In this document: positions 8,779 through 18,829 of the stretch, in pieces
Position numbering within the stretch: position 1 is the first letter of the stretch
Layout of the letters: each line of letters begins with the position of its first letter
NCBI GenBank assembly: GCA_965222605.1
Contig: OZ244960.1
Location: 5,376,001-5,440,000, forward strand
Direction of reading: 5' to 3'
Source: Candidatus Latescibacterota bacterium
GTDB taxonomy: Bacteria; Latescibacterota; UBA2968
Length of the DNA: 64,000 nucleotides
Made by a program: the position numbers and the translations under genes
Notes under the pieces: model-generated
What the model saw: only the letters and a program-made list of their open reading frames with translations
Databases searched by the model: none
Told to the model about the DNA's origin: nothing

Positions 8779-10284
8779 TTAGTCAATACGTTGCTCCTCT
8801 TCAATCACGGCCGTGTGGGCAGTCATCGTCGCACTGGGCGAGAGTCGCGGCCTCAGGCCGCTGGCAGTCGTCAGCCCCCGGAGCCTTACTTGCTGGCAAG
8901 GGGTGTATGGGAAAGGACGTTCCTCAGACGCGGAGGCATGTTCGACGCCATCGTGGAAGTCGTCCGGGTCGGTGAAGAAGTACATGCCCTGGTAATTCTC
9001 GGGCGTATTGGAATCATCTACGAATAGTTCGTCGATAACGACTTCTTCAGGCATAGAGCAGGGATATCCGAAATCGTGCGTGCCGTCGTTGGCAACATTG
9101 ATCATGTGAGGCTGACAGATGTCTCCACAGGCTGGAATCCATCGGCAGTTGCGGATCTTGAGCGCTCCCCCCCAGGTGCTGCCATAGTCGCGCCGAAAGG
9201 AGACCAGGCTACTGCCGTACAACGTAGAATCCTCGAGTGTCAGCTGGCCTCGGCCGATCGCGTTCAGCCCCATATGGCCCAGGGTGCAGCGACGGATGAC
9301 GTAGGTGCCGGAAACGCCCATGTGCGTGTCCATTCTGGAGAGATGGCAGTCCTCGAGCAGGATGTCCTTGCAGAAGTTGGATCCGATCACGCCCCAGCGC
9401 GTGCGGTCGGTGATGTGGTTCATCCGACATCCAATCATTGTGAATCCCACGACGTTATTCGCATTGTAGTCGTAGGTGCCCATGCTGACCGGCTTACCCG
9501 CCGCGCCGATGGTCGAGTAGATTTTGTGCCCGGTGGCGAAGCAGTTGCGCAGCGTGATGTGGGCACACTGTTGCACGCTAATGAATCCGGAATAGGGACA
9601 GCCCACGGCTGTCTCGCCGACGACATAATGGGTCAGACCCGCGACTTCCGTGTTCGAGCGGGAGATCACAATGTTCCGATTCCAGTAGTTGTAACGTTTC
9701 GGGTGGTGCTCGCGGTTGGCGAACGTGGTAAAGACGCCGCCGCGCAGATAGAGCGTCCGGTCGTCGATTGGTCGTGCATCCACCCGGGTGACCAGATCGT
9801 ATTCCCAATCGATGTCCGCCTCCACCGAGCCGTCTCGACGCAGGACGAAGCAGTCGTGCTGGGGAACGCCTTCGTTCTGGTTGAGCCCCCGCCGGATATA
9901 CTGCCTCTTGTGTGCGTTTTCCACGAGGACATGACAGTCGTGCTCCGGCCGCGCATCCACCTGTCTCTGGTCTCTCGTGAGCCGATCGATCTGCAATTCC
10001 TCCGGCTCCAACAGCGAGCGTACCTCGAAGAGATGCGCCCTGTGGTCTTCAACCTGTGTGTCGTCAACCGTGAAACGGGAGGTGCTCCAGTCGGTATCGG
10101 TTGCGATCACGGCGGTCAGCGCCCGGCCGCCGAGATGGTACGTCGCGCCAGGCTGTGTCCTGACACTCAGGCCGTGCGCGTTGGCGTAGGCGTGCGCCTC
10201 GCAGATCGCCGGCATGTCATCCGTGACGCCGTCGCCCTTTGCACCGAAAGCCTCGTAGTCTATCAGGCCGTCTTTGAAATCCAT
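8779..10284 (-). CDS. Pectin-lyase-fold (right-handed beta-helix) protein
   Basis: FGAKGDGVTDD N-terminal motif and beta-helix-like repeats. Confidence 0.75.
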   Translation of the reverse strand: MDFKDGLIDYEAFGAKGDGVTDDMPAICEAHAYANAHGLSVRTQPGATYHLGGRALTAVIATDTDWSTSRFTVDDTQVEDHRAHLFEVRSLLEPEELQIDRLTRDQRQVDARPEHDCHVLVENAHKRQYIRRGLNQNEGVPQHDCFVLRRDGSVEADIDWEYDLVTRVDARPIDDRTLYLRGGVFTTFANREHHPKRYNYWNRNIVISRSNTEVAGLTHYVVGETAVGCPYSGFISVQQCAHITLRNCFATGHKIYSTIGAAGKPVSMGTYDYNANNVVGFTMIGCRMNHITDRTRWGVIGSNFCKDILLEDCHLSRMDTHMGVSGTYVIRRCTLGHMGLNAIGRGQLTLEDSTLYGSSLVSFRRDYGSTWGGALKIRNCRWIPACGDICQPHMINVANDGTHDFGYPCSMPEEVVIDELFVDDSNTPENYQGMYFFTDPDDFHDGVEHASASEERPFPYTPCQQVRLRGLTTASGLRPRLSPSATMTAHTAVIEEEQRID

Positions 10285-10303
10285 GGATATCTCCTTTTAA
10301 ATG

Positions 10304-10813
10304 CTATCTCGGTCCCTTGTATTTGCGACCGCGATCGGCCACACGCCGTTCTCTGACCAGAGCCATGATTGGAACACCGTAGCCACAACTCGTTTGCGTT
10401 TTTTCAATGTTCACTTCGATCACTTGTCGAGGCTTGTGCTTTAATTCTTGAGCCAGCGTTTCGAGCAACTGACGTGCGATAGGGGAGTCGTCAAGCTCGG
10501 CGATACGAGCATGGCCATAGAGTCGGACAATGCCAGCGTCACCTTCCTCAAAGGAGCAGACCATGATCGTGATTGGGCCACCAGAGATTGCATGACGCGC
10601 TGTCTCGTTTCCACTGCCGGGATAGTCGAGATAAGCAACGCGGTTTGGCGTGAGAATATGCAAGGGCGTTCCCCCCTTTGGCGACAAATTTACAGCACCT
10701 GTCCCATCAGGTCCGGTTTCCAAATTTGGATCGGCCGTCGCCACAAAAAATAGGGGAGCGTGCTTGATGAGCGCGGCTTGTTCATCCGTTATAGAAGTGT
10801 ATTGCGTTGCCAT
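10304..10813 (-). CDS. Pyridoxamine 5'-phosphate oxidase family FMN-binding protein
   Basis: FFVATA, NLSPKG, GSGNETARH, QTSCGYGVP. Confidence 0.88.
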   Translation of the reverse strand: MATQYTSITDEQAALIKHAPLFFVATADPNLETGPDGTGAVNLSPKGGTPLHILTPNRVAYLDYPGSGNETARHAISGGPITIMVCSFEEGDAGIVRLYGHARIAELDDSPIARQLLETLAQELKHKPRQVIEVNIEKTQTSCGYGVPIMALVRERRVADRGRKYKGPR

Positions 10814-10851
10814 TTCGCTTATGTCTCCTTTTAACGACGGTATTTCACATA

Positions 10852-11322
10852 TCAACGCTCAGTGGACTGTAGATCGTTTCTGATTTTTGCACAAATCTCA
10901 TTCATTTGATCTTCACTTACTCTTTGCTCAGGAGAGACCTCCAGATAGCCAAATACTTGAGCGCCGCGCCGGTCGGCTGGTTGATTAGCCATTCGTGGCA
11001 CGATATGGAAATGAACATGCGGATGATCCTCGTGTTCGGCAAATTGAATCACGTATGTTTTCACGCATCCGATTACACTTTTGAGGGACGAGGAAACACG
11101 GCGAATCAGAGGCCCCAATTCAGCGGCTTCCTGCTCAGTAAGCTCATCAAGAGATACAATGTGTCGTTGTAGAACCAACACCAGCCACCCAGGCAAAGCG
11201 GTGTTGTATGCATGCGCCACGTCCCAGTACTCGGTCTGGTAAATGCAGTCCCAAAGTGGTGCCTTACCCAGTCTTCTTTGCGCTGTTAATTCGCACGTTT
11301 TGCACGCGGCACTAACGTTCAT
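10852..11322 (-). CDS. HIT family hydrolase
   Basis: PHVHFHIVPR histidine triad. Confidence 0.9.
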   Translation of the reverse strand: MNVSAACKTCELTAQRRLGKAPLWDCIYQTEYWDVAHAYNTALPGWLVLVLQRHIVSLDELTEQEAAELGPLIRRVSSSLKSVIGCVKTYVIQFAEHEDHPHVHFHIVPRMANQPADRRGAQVFGYLEVSPEQRVSEDQMNEICAKIRNDLQSTER

Positions 11323-11384
11323 ATCCGGCTCAATCTATCTGATGTCATGAGTGATTTATTCATTTAAAGTTTCAATTGACATGC

Positions 11385-12119
11385 TCACACGTCATGGATA
11401 ATCCACACGTTGGGTTCTTCGTGATAGCCAATGTTGTTTTCTCGGTCGATTGAGACGAGTGCCAACGCTCCTGGAACGACGTATTCACCCGATGTTGGGA
11501 AGGACATGTCCGTCCATTTCTCCCAATCATCGACTGTACCTCGGACAGACATTGATCTCGGTGCCGCCCGTGCAATCCGGCCTCCAATCTTCCAATGTAC
11601 CCGGATCCACGGATCAAAGGGCTGCCCATCCTCTCGTTTCCACGCTATGTAATCGTCAATTGCTGTGAGCGGGTACCTGTCCTTGAACGTCGGTCGCACC
11701 GGCGCGATGAGGAATGAGAATCCATGGCAGTCGGCAATGTGTTTCATAGCCAGTAAAATTTCCCGGCTGTATCCTTGTCCCTGGCAATCCGGCCTTATAT
11801 CGACCCCCAACGCGCAGAGAGTTGTAGGGTTCTGTGTTCCTTCTCTCAAGCCCAATTCCAGCACTGATGTCCAGCCTTCTGGTAAGTCTTCGTCATGGCC
11901 GGTCCACGGGATGGGGATTGCAATACTATAGGCAACCAGTTGCTCCTCAGATTCGCAGTAATAGAGTTGAAACTGGGGAAACTTCGCGAGTAACTGGGAT
12001 GTTATCTCCTCGGGCCCCTCGGCATGAAAGATGAACTCGGGCCAGTTCGTCCGTGAATTCCATTTCTGCTCTTGCAGTTCGGGGCGCTCGGCATGCGAAT
12101 ACACTGTCAACTTTTTCAC
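11385..12119 (-). CDS. GNAT family N-acetyltransferase
   Basis: QGQGYS acetyl-CoA loop, APVRP, DPWIRVH. Confidence 0.85.
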   Translation of the reverse strand: MKKLTVYSHAERPELQEQKWNSRTNWPEFIFHAEGPEEITSQLLAKFPQFQLYYCESEEQLVAYSIAIPIPWTGHDEDLPEGWTSVLELGLREGTQNPTTLCALGVDIRPDCQGQGYSREILLAMKHIADCHGFSFLIAPVRPTFKDRYPLTAIDDYIAWKREDGQPFDPWIRVHWKIGGRIARAAPRSMSVRGTVDDWEKWTDMSFPTSGEYVVPGALALVSIDRENNIGYHEEPNVWIIHDV

Positions 12120-12166
12120 AGTATTTTTGTAATCCCTTCTAATAGATAGGATCAGTCGTCCCCCAT

Positions 12167-13027
12167 TTATTTTAATAATTGATGCGATCTATGCCGAGAG
12201 GTTCTATTGATAGTATCGGCCAGCAATTGGAATCCCCCGTCACGTTTATAGGTGCTCAGCCAAGCTCCGCTCACAAATTCAAAATTGCCGGTCTCCGTAT
12301 CGAGCGCACCAATACATCCTTCGTTTATAACCTGCAATGTTGGGTCTCTGGGGTTGCTCACCACGCTAGCGACCTGAATGCACTCCGTCTCATACACTTT
12401 TCTCGGGCCGACTGGATGGTGAAAGTGCCCAAATATATGGTAACGCGGTTTCGATACCATTAGATATTCGAGCAAAGCCTGAGGACCTTCCGCCAGGTTA
12501 TCTGCATCGGGACCAACTCCAAATCTTCCCTCATGTGAAACGAGAATATCTATACCTTTTGGATGGTTGTGTTGAAGAGCCTCTGGGTCTCCTCCTTCAC
12601 AAAAGCCAATCGCTTCTTTTCCAACCTCAAGTGTGAAGCCGTCCGGTACGCACTCGAATAGACCATGCGGGTCAAGTGGGATGGGTACAGAAGATTTTGT
12701 CTCTGTAGCATTTCGAATAGCAGAGAATTCGTCGTGATTGCCTGCCACCACAAGGATCGAAGATGTCAATTGCGCCCGTGTATCGCGTGCGAGTTGCACA
12801 TCTGTCCCCTCTGCCAGGATGAGGCTGCACAAATCGTACACGGATGGATCCCACTGTGAAAACCTGTCGTATGGAATCTCACCGCTCTGCGGCAGTGGCA
12901 TAACCCCGAGATCGCCAACCTGAACGACAAGGTCAAACATTTTTTTTCGCATCGACTGCCAGGTCAGAAGAATGGCAAGAGCATGGCATGCGCGCCCGTG
13001 TATATCACCTATGAAACCTATAATCAA
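12167..13027 (-). CDS. Calcineurin-like metallophosphoesterase
   Basis: GDIHG, QVGDLG, GNHD, GHFH. Confidence 0.9.
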   Translation of the reverse strand: MIIGFIGDIHGRACHALAILLTWQSMRKKMFDLVVQVGDLGVMPLPQSGEIPYDRFSQWDPSVYDLCSLILAEGTDVQLARDTRAQLTSSILVVAGNHDEFSAIRNATETKSSVPIPLDPHGLFECVPDGFTLEVGKEAIGFCEGGDPEALQHNHPKGIDILVSHEGRFGVGPDADNLAEGPQALLEYLMVSKPRYHIFGHFHHPVGPRKVYETECIQVASVVSNPRDPTLQVINEGCIGALDTETGNFEFVSGAWLSTYKRDGGFQLLADTINRTSRHRSHQLLK

Positions 13028-13058
13028 TTTAAGTTCCTTTGTGTAAACGAACGCACGT

Positions 13059-13283
13059 TTATAATTCTTCTATATTCAAAGGTTGTGTTCGTCCTACTCT
13101 GTGTGCTACAATGGCCTCATCGGCCAACCGCTCCAGCACATCTTCGGACTCGGGACGGCTAAACAACTTAGTCCATCGCTGATCCGACTCAAGTTCGGCC
13201 AGCAGGAAACGCGCAAATTCATCTTGTTTCTCTTGAGGGAGTTCGGTGGCTCTCTCGAAAGCCTTTTGAAGAAGTGGGGTCAT
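13059..13283 (-). CDS. Small putative antitoxin with no adjacent toxin
   Basis: MTPLLQKAFERATELPQEKQDEFARFLLAELESDQRW resembles addiction-module antitoxins; AGGAG RBS. Confidence 0.6.
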   Translation of the reverse strand: MTPLLQKAFERATELPQEKQDEFARFLLAELESDQRWTKLFSRPESEDVLERLADEAIVAHRVGRTQPLNIEEL

Positions 13284-13308
13284 TTGTTTTACTCCTTCCT
13301 GAGCGAAC

Positions 13309-13374
13309 AATTAACGTTTTCACCGTGTCCGAACCTCGGGCTATGCGCTGAAACCGCGTATGGATGTGTTAGCC
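13309..13374 (-). repeat. Degenerate attC-like site
   Basis: GGCTAAC-A...AAAAC-GTTAATT ends 66 bp apart, with poor internal pairing. Confidence 0.4.
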
Positions 13375-13458
13375 GCCGAATGTTTGTTTTGTAGCCCCGA
13401 CAGCAGGATTTGGTTTGTTTATTTGAAACCCAAGTTGTGTGATTTTGCCATCACCGAA

Positions 13459-14115
13459 TTAGTAGTGCTTTATAGTATCATACATAGATAAATCATTCCA
13501 ATCCGCTCTCAATTTCGGGCGAGTGAGCGACGCCTCGGGGCACCACTGTTCTAGACTTTCCGAATACAGCCCACTATTACGCTCAATTTCCATAACTGCG
13601 AGTTGCCCTTCTTCTCTGACTGCTTTGCTCTGCGCAGGTGTCAGGCGCCCAAGTTCCACAGCAAGGTCAAGTTCATCTTGATCTTTCCATCTCCAATTGC
13701 GATCAGGTTCAACAATAATATCTAATTGATGATCTCTAAAATCAAAGCCCAGACGCGTACGACATAGTTTACTTTGCAGGTTTACATACCAACCTTGAAA
13801 CACGCGATCTGCCGACCATCGTACCCAAGTTGCACGACAATTGTCCGGGCGAACTACGATCAGAAGTTCTGCCCATTGCCAAGTCGAATCCACCAATGCC
13901 CAAGATCCCTCGACCCAATTACGTGGTGTGCCCGGAGTATGGTTCAGCAATACCGGCTTTTTCGTCGGTGTTCCCAATGGAAGCCAAAGAGCAATTTGCA
14001 CATCAGAATCTTCAATAACGGTGACGGGCTTCACATCGACAACTTGACCATGCTCGTCAAGCTCTCGATATAGAATTGGTTCGCCGTAACAAAATTTAGA
14101 CGGTATATATTTCAT
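13459..14115 (-). CDS. DUF402 domain protein
   Basis: FQGWYVNLQ, DHQLDIIV, WRWKDQDEL. Confidence 0.85.
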   Translation of the reverse strand: MKYIPSKFCYGEPILYRELDEHGQVVDVKPVTVIEDSDVQIALWLPLGTPTKKPVLLNHTPGTPRNWVEGSWALVDSTWQWAELLIVVRPDNCRATWVRWSADRVFQGWYVNLQSKLCRTRLGFDFRDHQLDIIVEPDRNWRWKDQDELDLAVELGRLTPAQSKAVREEGQLAVMEIERNSGLYSESLEQWCPEASLTRPKLRADWNDLSMYDTIKHY

Positions 14116-14348
14116 GAAGAGAGCACTGTTCAAATAAATTGGCACCCGGAAACAACTCTGTTTTCGATGTCAGGTGCCGGATACCAGATGGTCCCTATCG
14201 TAGCCACGTCCACGCGGCCCGAGTTGATCGAGGTACTCAATGACGATACCATCTTTATCCATACATCGCCGCTCAATCTCAAATAGATGGCGATTTTCCG
14301 ATCCTTAGAATGGTATAATTTTGCTTTTATTCATTCAGTGAGAGATTT

Positions 14349-15077
14349 TTAGAGATTTACTTCCGTAGCTACAAGATCCGTTATGTCATCAAGTAGTCTT
14401 TCAAGGAGATCGAGATCATGAAGTTGAACGTTTCCAAGGACGTATTCGTGGACGTCTCGAAGGGCATTTCGATAGCGGTCTCCGTATTCGGTCTCCAGAA
14501 ATATCGGGATCAGTTCTCGCTTGTTTAGAATGAAGGCATCCGTGCGATCCCAAATGAACAGTCTGATCTCTATCAGTATTCTGTTTACAGTAGCAACGAT
14601 TGTACGCTCCCGATCCGGACGACCCAAACTTCTCAACCAGGTATAGAATACTTTCGCATACGCCCGGAAATCATCGCGAGAAGGCGTAGGAATGCCCGAT
14701 AGATCATATTCTCCCCAGAGCGGCTTGCCTTGCTGAAGAAGCCTGTATATCTCGGGAACAAGCTCTTTCTCAGGATCATACGGGGGTTTCATATCCTGTT
14801 CCCTCAGGACAATGCCGCCAAACCCCTTTGGTATGCGATATTTCGACTGGTAGGAGGCTCTCATTTCTTTTAGTCTTGCGCGAAACTCATCAGAGATTGA
14901 ATCACGCGCAACAATCACAGTGTCGATGTCGCTCCGACCAGGGTGATACTGTTTTACGGCCAGGGAGCCGATCATGAAGATTCCAAGGATGTAGCGGTTA
15001 ATGTCCTGACTCGTTGCCTCTGCCGCAAATTCTCGCGCGATTTCCCAGGCACGGGCTTCAGAAATTGGTTTGTTCAC
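14349..15077 (-). CDS. Nucleotidyltransferase domain protein
   Basis: IGSLA..YHPGRSDIDTVIV (GS...DxD); GTG start. Confidence 0.8.
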   Translation of the reverse strand: MNKPISEARAWEIAREFAAEATSQDINRYILGIFMIGSLAVKQYHPGRSDIDTVIVARDSISDEFRARLKEMRASYQSKYRIPKGFGGIVLREQDMKPPYDPEKELVPEIYRLLQQGKPLWGEYDLSGIPTPSRDDFRAYAKVFYTWLRSLGRPDRERTIVATVNRILIEIRLFIWDRTDAFILNKRELIPIFLETEYGDRYRNALRDVHEYVLGNVQLHDLDLLERLLDDITDLVATEVNL

Positions 15078-15123
15078 GTCTTCACATTCCTCAACGCAGA
15101 TACAACTATTTGGGCATGATAAC

Positions 15124-16488
15124 TCAGAGTTTGTGTGTAGCAATCTCGTACATTTTAGCTGTGCAGGTCTCGAGTACCTTCAGGAGTTCGGGATATGGTT
15201 CGCCGTAGCCAGTGAGCAGTCCGGAATGCTGGCGGTCCTGTTTTTGGGCGACCAGGTTGGATGCATCGATCAGGCCGCAATAGTGCCAGCCAACAAATTC
15301 CGGGCGCGCAAAGGCGTTCTGGAAGAACTCGGTGGTCCATTCAGCTCGTTGTTCGATGTTGTCCGCCACGGGGCCATAGGGTCGCGGCATGGTGTCTGTA
15401 ATCATCGTGAAAGCAGAATCGCCATTGATCAGCGGCTTGTTGGAGATTCTATACCAGCGATCTAATCCGGGTTTTTGCACCTCGTATCGCGCATACATTT
15501 GATAGAACACGATGTCGGTAAATTGGCTTGTAATGGGGAGTAAGGTATCCACCGCATCTGTGTTGGCATTGATTTTGTCGCCGACGAATAGATGATTTGG
15601 ATCGTATCGAAGGATCGCATCCCGCGCTGTCTGGTAGTATTTTTCGACTACTTTTTTCAGGAATTCAATATTGTCGCGGGTTTCGTTGCCATTAGAAAGA
15701 TCGGTGTGTGGCCGCCAGCCCTCGGCTGTTTGGAGCGCGTCAAACGAATCAAATTGCGAGCCATAAGTGGCGTTGAAATCGCTGATTTGCCTGCGATAGA
15801 TATCGCGCATGGTCCGAACATAAGCCTTTTTGCCCGGTGCATCGGCACCCAAATTGCGCAACCGACGTGGCCAGCCGATTCGAGCTTCCCGGCGTGCACC
15901 GCCAATCACGTCGGGGCGTTCCCTGCAATCTTCTTCTGTAAATAACGGACAGTCGGTCATGGCATAACCGAGCAGGAAGGGATCATCTTTTGCAGGTGCG
16001 GCAAATTCCTTTGCCATCTGATCGCAGTGTGAGGCAAATGTTTCTGAAAATACATCCCAAAAATTGCTATCGGGTATTTCTGTCTTCCAATGTGGGATAT
16101 CGACGAAGTGAATTGACTGCATATAGGGGATAGATGGCTGTGGGCGATTGATGGCTGACAACTCCGTGTGTACGCCTACGGTATTGAAGCCGTATTGACG
16201 ACACGTCTGTAAGAACCAGGTTTTGAGGGCGGGTGCGAATTCGCGGCTGTCCAGATTGTCTAAGCCCAACCGCTTTTTCCAGGCTTCGCGATTGTAGTCC
16301 TGCTTCCAAAGATGGGGATGCAGATGGTTTATTCCGAAACTCAGAAATGCATTTCCTTCGGGCGTTACGAGCCACCATCTTTCGTCTTTTTCTACGCGAA
16401 AAAAGCCCGTTGCCGCAAATTTTTTGCCGGTCCAGCCGCCGTATTGATCGCGTTCGGCGATGTCCTGGTGCGATTTATGTCTGTTCAT
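15124..16488 (-). CDS. Agarase-like glycoside hydrolase
   Basis: DQYGG, ATGFFRVEK, WWLVTPEG, GFNTVG, DPFLLGY, YDPNHL, FVGWHY. Confidence 0.75.
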   Translation of the reverse strand: MNRHKSHQDIAERDQYGGWTGKKFAATGFFRVEKDERWWLVTPEGNAFLSFGINHLHPHLWKQDYNREAWKKRLGLDNLDSREFAPALKTWFLQTCRQYGFNTVGVHTELSAINRPQPSIPYMQSIHFVDIPHWKTEIPDSNFWDVFSETFASHCDQMAKEFAAPAKDDPFLLGYAMTDCPLFTEEDCRERPDVIGGARREARIGWPRRLRNLGADAPGKKAYVRTMRDIYRRQISDFNATYGSQFDSFDALQTAEGWRPHTDLSNGNETRDNIEFLKKVVEKYYQTARDAILRYDPNHLFVGDKINANTDAVDTLLPITSQFTDIVFYQMYARYEVQKPGLDRWYRISNKPLINGDSAFTMITDTMPRPYGPVADNIEQRAEWTTEFFQNAFARPEFVGWHYCGLIDASNLVAQKQDRQHSGLLTGYGEPYPELLKVLETCTAKMYEIATHKL

Positions 16489-16550
16489 TTGGATACCTTC
16501 ATGTGGAGCGTCCGTTAGTTCTCAGAGCATTTGGCATTGGACGCAGTGTT

Positions 16551-17402
16551 TTACTCGGCGGGAACAACCTCTCGTGTGACTTCCCGAACTTTACCGGGAA
16601 AGGTTTGTCCTCTTACCCACATGATGGGCTGGCCTTTGCCAGCATTTTCCGGATTCATCCATTCTGCTTGCGCGCTTAAGTAATGCGATACATAGCTGCG
16701 TCTAAATCGCTGGCTGTGGTTATTCGTGCTTTTGTGCAGGAGGTGAGAATGGAACCAGATGACCGCACCGGGGGGGACTTCCACAGAAATCCCGTCCTCA
16801 TCGCGAGCATTGCGCGCGAGTTTAAATTCATTTTGCTGTGATCCCTCAATGTCGTCGTGTTCGGAAATTGCCTGTTTGTGGCTGCCGGGGATTACGTAGA
16901 GGCAGCCGTTGTCGCGATCGGCGGGATCGATTGCTGTCCAGGTGCCGACGGTTGTTGCGGTTTTGAATCGCTTGCCAAAGTAAAATTTGTCCTGGTGCCA
17001 GGGGAATCCCAATCCGATTTCTGGGGCTTTCCAGATGAAGAGGTTGTTGATGCCCAGAACGTCTGGGCCGAGTATGTCGAGGAGCGGATCGGTCAGGCGT
17101 GGGTCGCGCACGCGAGCGAGGAATTCCGGGATGTAGCAACTGGGGTGGTGGATTTTGTGCATACCATAGATGCCAGACCGCGTGTCTTTGCCGTCTCGGA
17201 TAAGGGCATTGCGGTCGATGTGAGCCATTGGCATTTTTCGTTTCCCGGCGACAATGTCTTCGGCGACCTGTCGCAGGTAGTCGTTCTCATTGTGTGAAAA
17301 GACGTTTTCGCGCACAAAATATCCATGGCGTTCCCAGTGCTGAATTTCATCGGGCGTCATGCGATTGGTATTTATTTTTAATGGTGTTGCTGGGTTTTTC
17401 AT
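16551..17402 (-). CDS. Phytanoyl-CoA dioxygenase family protein
   Basis: WHQD, NGCLYVIPGSH, LLHKS..N.S..FRR. Confidence 0.92.
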   Translation of the reverse strand: MKNPATPLKINTNRMTPDEIQHWERHGYFVRENVFSHNENDYLRQVAEDIVAGKRKMPMAHIDRNALIRDGKDTRSGIYGMHKIHHPSCYIPEFLARVRDPRLTDPLLDILGPDVLGINNLFIWKAPEIGLGFPWHQDKFYFGKRFKTATTVGTWTAIDPADRDNGCLYVIPGSHKQAISEHDDIEGSQQNEFKLARNARDEDGISVEVPPGAVIWFHSHLLHKSTNNHSQRFRRSYVSHYLSAQAEWMNPENAGKGQPIMWVRGQTFPGKVREVTREVVPAE

Positions 17403-17592
17403 ATACGATCTTCTGAGTGTTTTTGGGGTGGGCTTGAAACGATTACCAGTAACATTTTAGGGTTGCCGTCAGGCAGAGAAACTGCTGTTGTGTTCTTGGG
17501 AGACGGACTAATTCTTCGTTGATTTGTCCGGTTGAGATCACAAATTCCGATCCTCTTGTATTCTTATCGTGTTGGCACAACCTATCAAAGTC

Positions 17593-17862
17593 TTAGGCTG
17601 CTTTGATCGGTTCCAATTCTACGGGTTCTGGTCTGCTAAGCCCCAGACGATCAAAGACGCTCTGTATCTCATCTATACTCACGATTTCGGGTGAGACAAT
17701 CTCAATCCCAAGAGGCGTGCCATCTTGAGCGTAGTCAATGAGGAGGTCTTCTGTTATCGCTTCGGTGCGTACACTTTTCTGTCCGCGCCGATGAGATAGG
17801 TAAATATAGGCAGCAAATGGTTTGCCCTTTCGATATGTGATTTGTAGAGAAACAGTTTTCAT
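17593..17862 (-). CDS. DUF2283 domain protein (TA-associated)
   Basis: AAYIYL, LLIDYAQDGTPLGIEI. Confidence 0.8.
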   Translation of the reverse strand: MKTVSLQITYRKGKPFAAYIYLSHRRGQKSVRTEAITEDLLIDYAQDGTPLGIEIVSPEIVSIDEIQSVFDRLGLSRPEPVELEPIKAA

Positions 17863-17881
17863 TCCCACCAGCTTGGCCAAT

Positions 17882-18241
17882 TCATGCGGACATCTTTCTC
17901 TCACCGATCCAGACCTGATTGCCATCGGGATCGCGAACTCGAAATTCTGTCATGCCGTAGAAAGTTACACGGATAGGATCGGGTTCGAAACCAGCGGCGA
18001 TCACGCGGTCTCTTAACGTTTCAATATCGGACGTATAGTAGTAAATGACGGTTGAGGCGTTCGATTCCGTTCGAATCGAACGGTCTATCATCACCTGGCA
18101 ACCGTGTTCACCTTCCAAAAGGGCATGGCCCCACTCGTCTTTACGTTGGATAACCTGGAGACCCAGGCCTTGTGAGTAGAAGCTTATAGCTTGATCCAAA
18201 TTGGTTATTGGAACCATTGCAGTGATGCGATGTATGTTCAC
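17882..18241 (-). CDS. VOC/glyoxalase/bleomycin-resistance family protein
   Basis: AISFY..LG, YGMTEFRVRDPDGN. Confidence 0.9.
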   Translation of the reverse strand: MNIHRITAMVPITNLDQAISFYSQGLGLQVIQRKDEWGHALLEGEHGCQVMIDRSIRTESNASTVIYYYTSDIETLRDRVIAAGFEPDPIRVTFYGMTEFRVRDPDGNQVWIGERKMSA

Positions 18242-18265
18242 AGTTTATTTCCCCAATTCAACTCT

Positions 18266-18724
18266 TTATTCAGTTCTGATCGGTTTTACCATCTCAAGAT
18301 ACCATGGAATGAATCCACAATCCCGATAAAATGCAAGGATGTCATCGAAACGCTTCGCTGCCGAGTAGAGCCGCATGTGGCTGAATCCATCGGCTTCTGC
18401 TTTTGCTTGGAGAGTTTTGACCATCTGCTGGCCTATTCCACTGTGACGGGATTCGGGACGCACATATAGTTCAATGATTTCGAGAATACGGCTACCTTTG
18501 GGGAATACACATTCGCCTTCATACGGCCGTTCTACACAATAGATGAATCCAACAGGCTCACAGCCATCTATCGCCAGAAAGAGCCAATCCAGGTCGCGGT
18601 CATTCCACACTTCTGCCGAATCGGGTCCATAGCCCCATATTGCGCCTTCGGATGCCAGATTTTGCTGCATTGAAAGGACGGCGGCTATATCCTCCTCATT
18701 TGCTTTACGGATTGTAATAGTCAT
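18266..18724 (-). CDS. GNAT family N-acetyltransferase
   Basis: LYVRPESRHSGIG, FYRDCGF. Confidence 0.9.
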   Translation of the reverse strand: MTITIRKANEEDIAAVLSMQQNLASEGAIWGYGPDSAEVWNDRDLDWLFLAIDGCEPVGFIYCVERPYEGECVFPKGSRILEIIELYVRPESRHSGIGQQMVKTLQAKAEADGFSHMRLYSAAKRFDDILAFYRDCGFIPWYLEMVKPIRTE

Positions 18725-18829
18725 TTTGCATTCAGTCCATTACTGGCAATTTCTCCATCTAACCGAACCGCTTCTCTAACCAGATTGCTCTCCCGTTTTT
18801 AGATCTGGTTTGTCGTTCATCATAATCCT

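Noticed and set aside
9076-10356. 426-aa plus-strand ORF
   Set aside because: Antisense shadow of the GC-rich beta-helix gene with no recognisable motifs. The same applies to 33188-33946, 34796-35458 and 59000-59788.
14146-14340. Coding-like text in spacers here and at 17410-17590 and 50985-51125
   Set aside because: Probably gene remnants, but I cannot assign a family, so they are not annotated.
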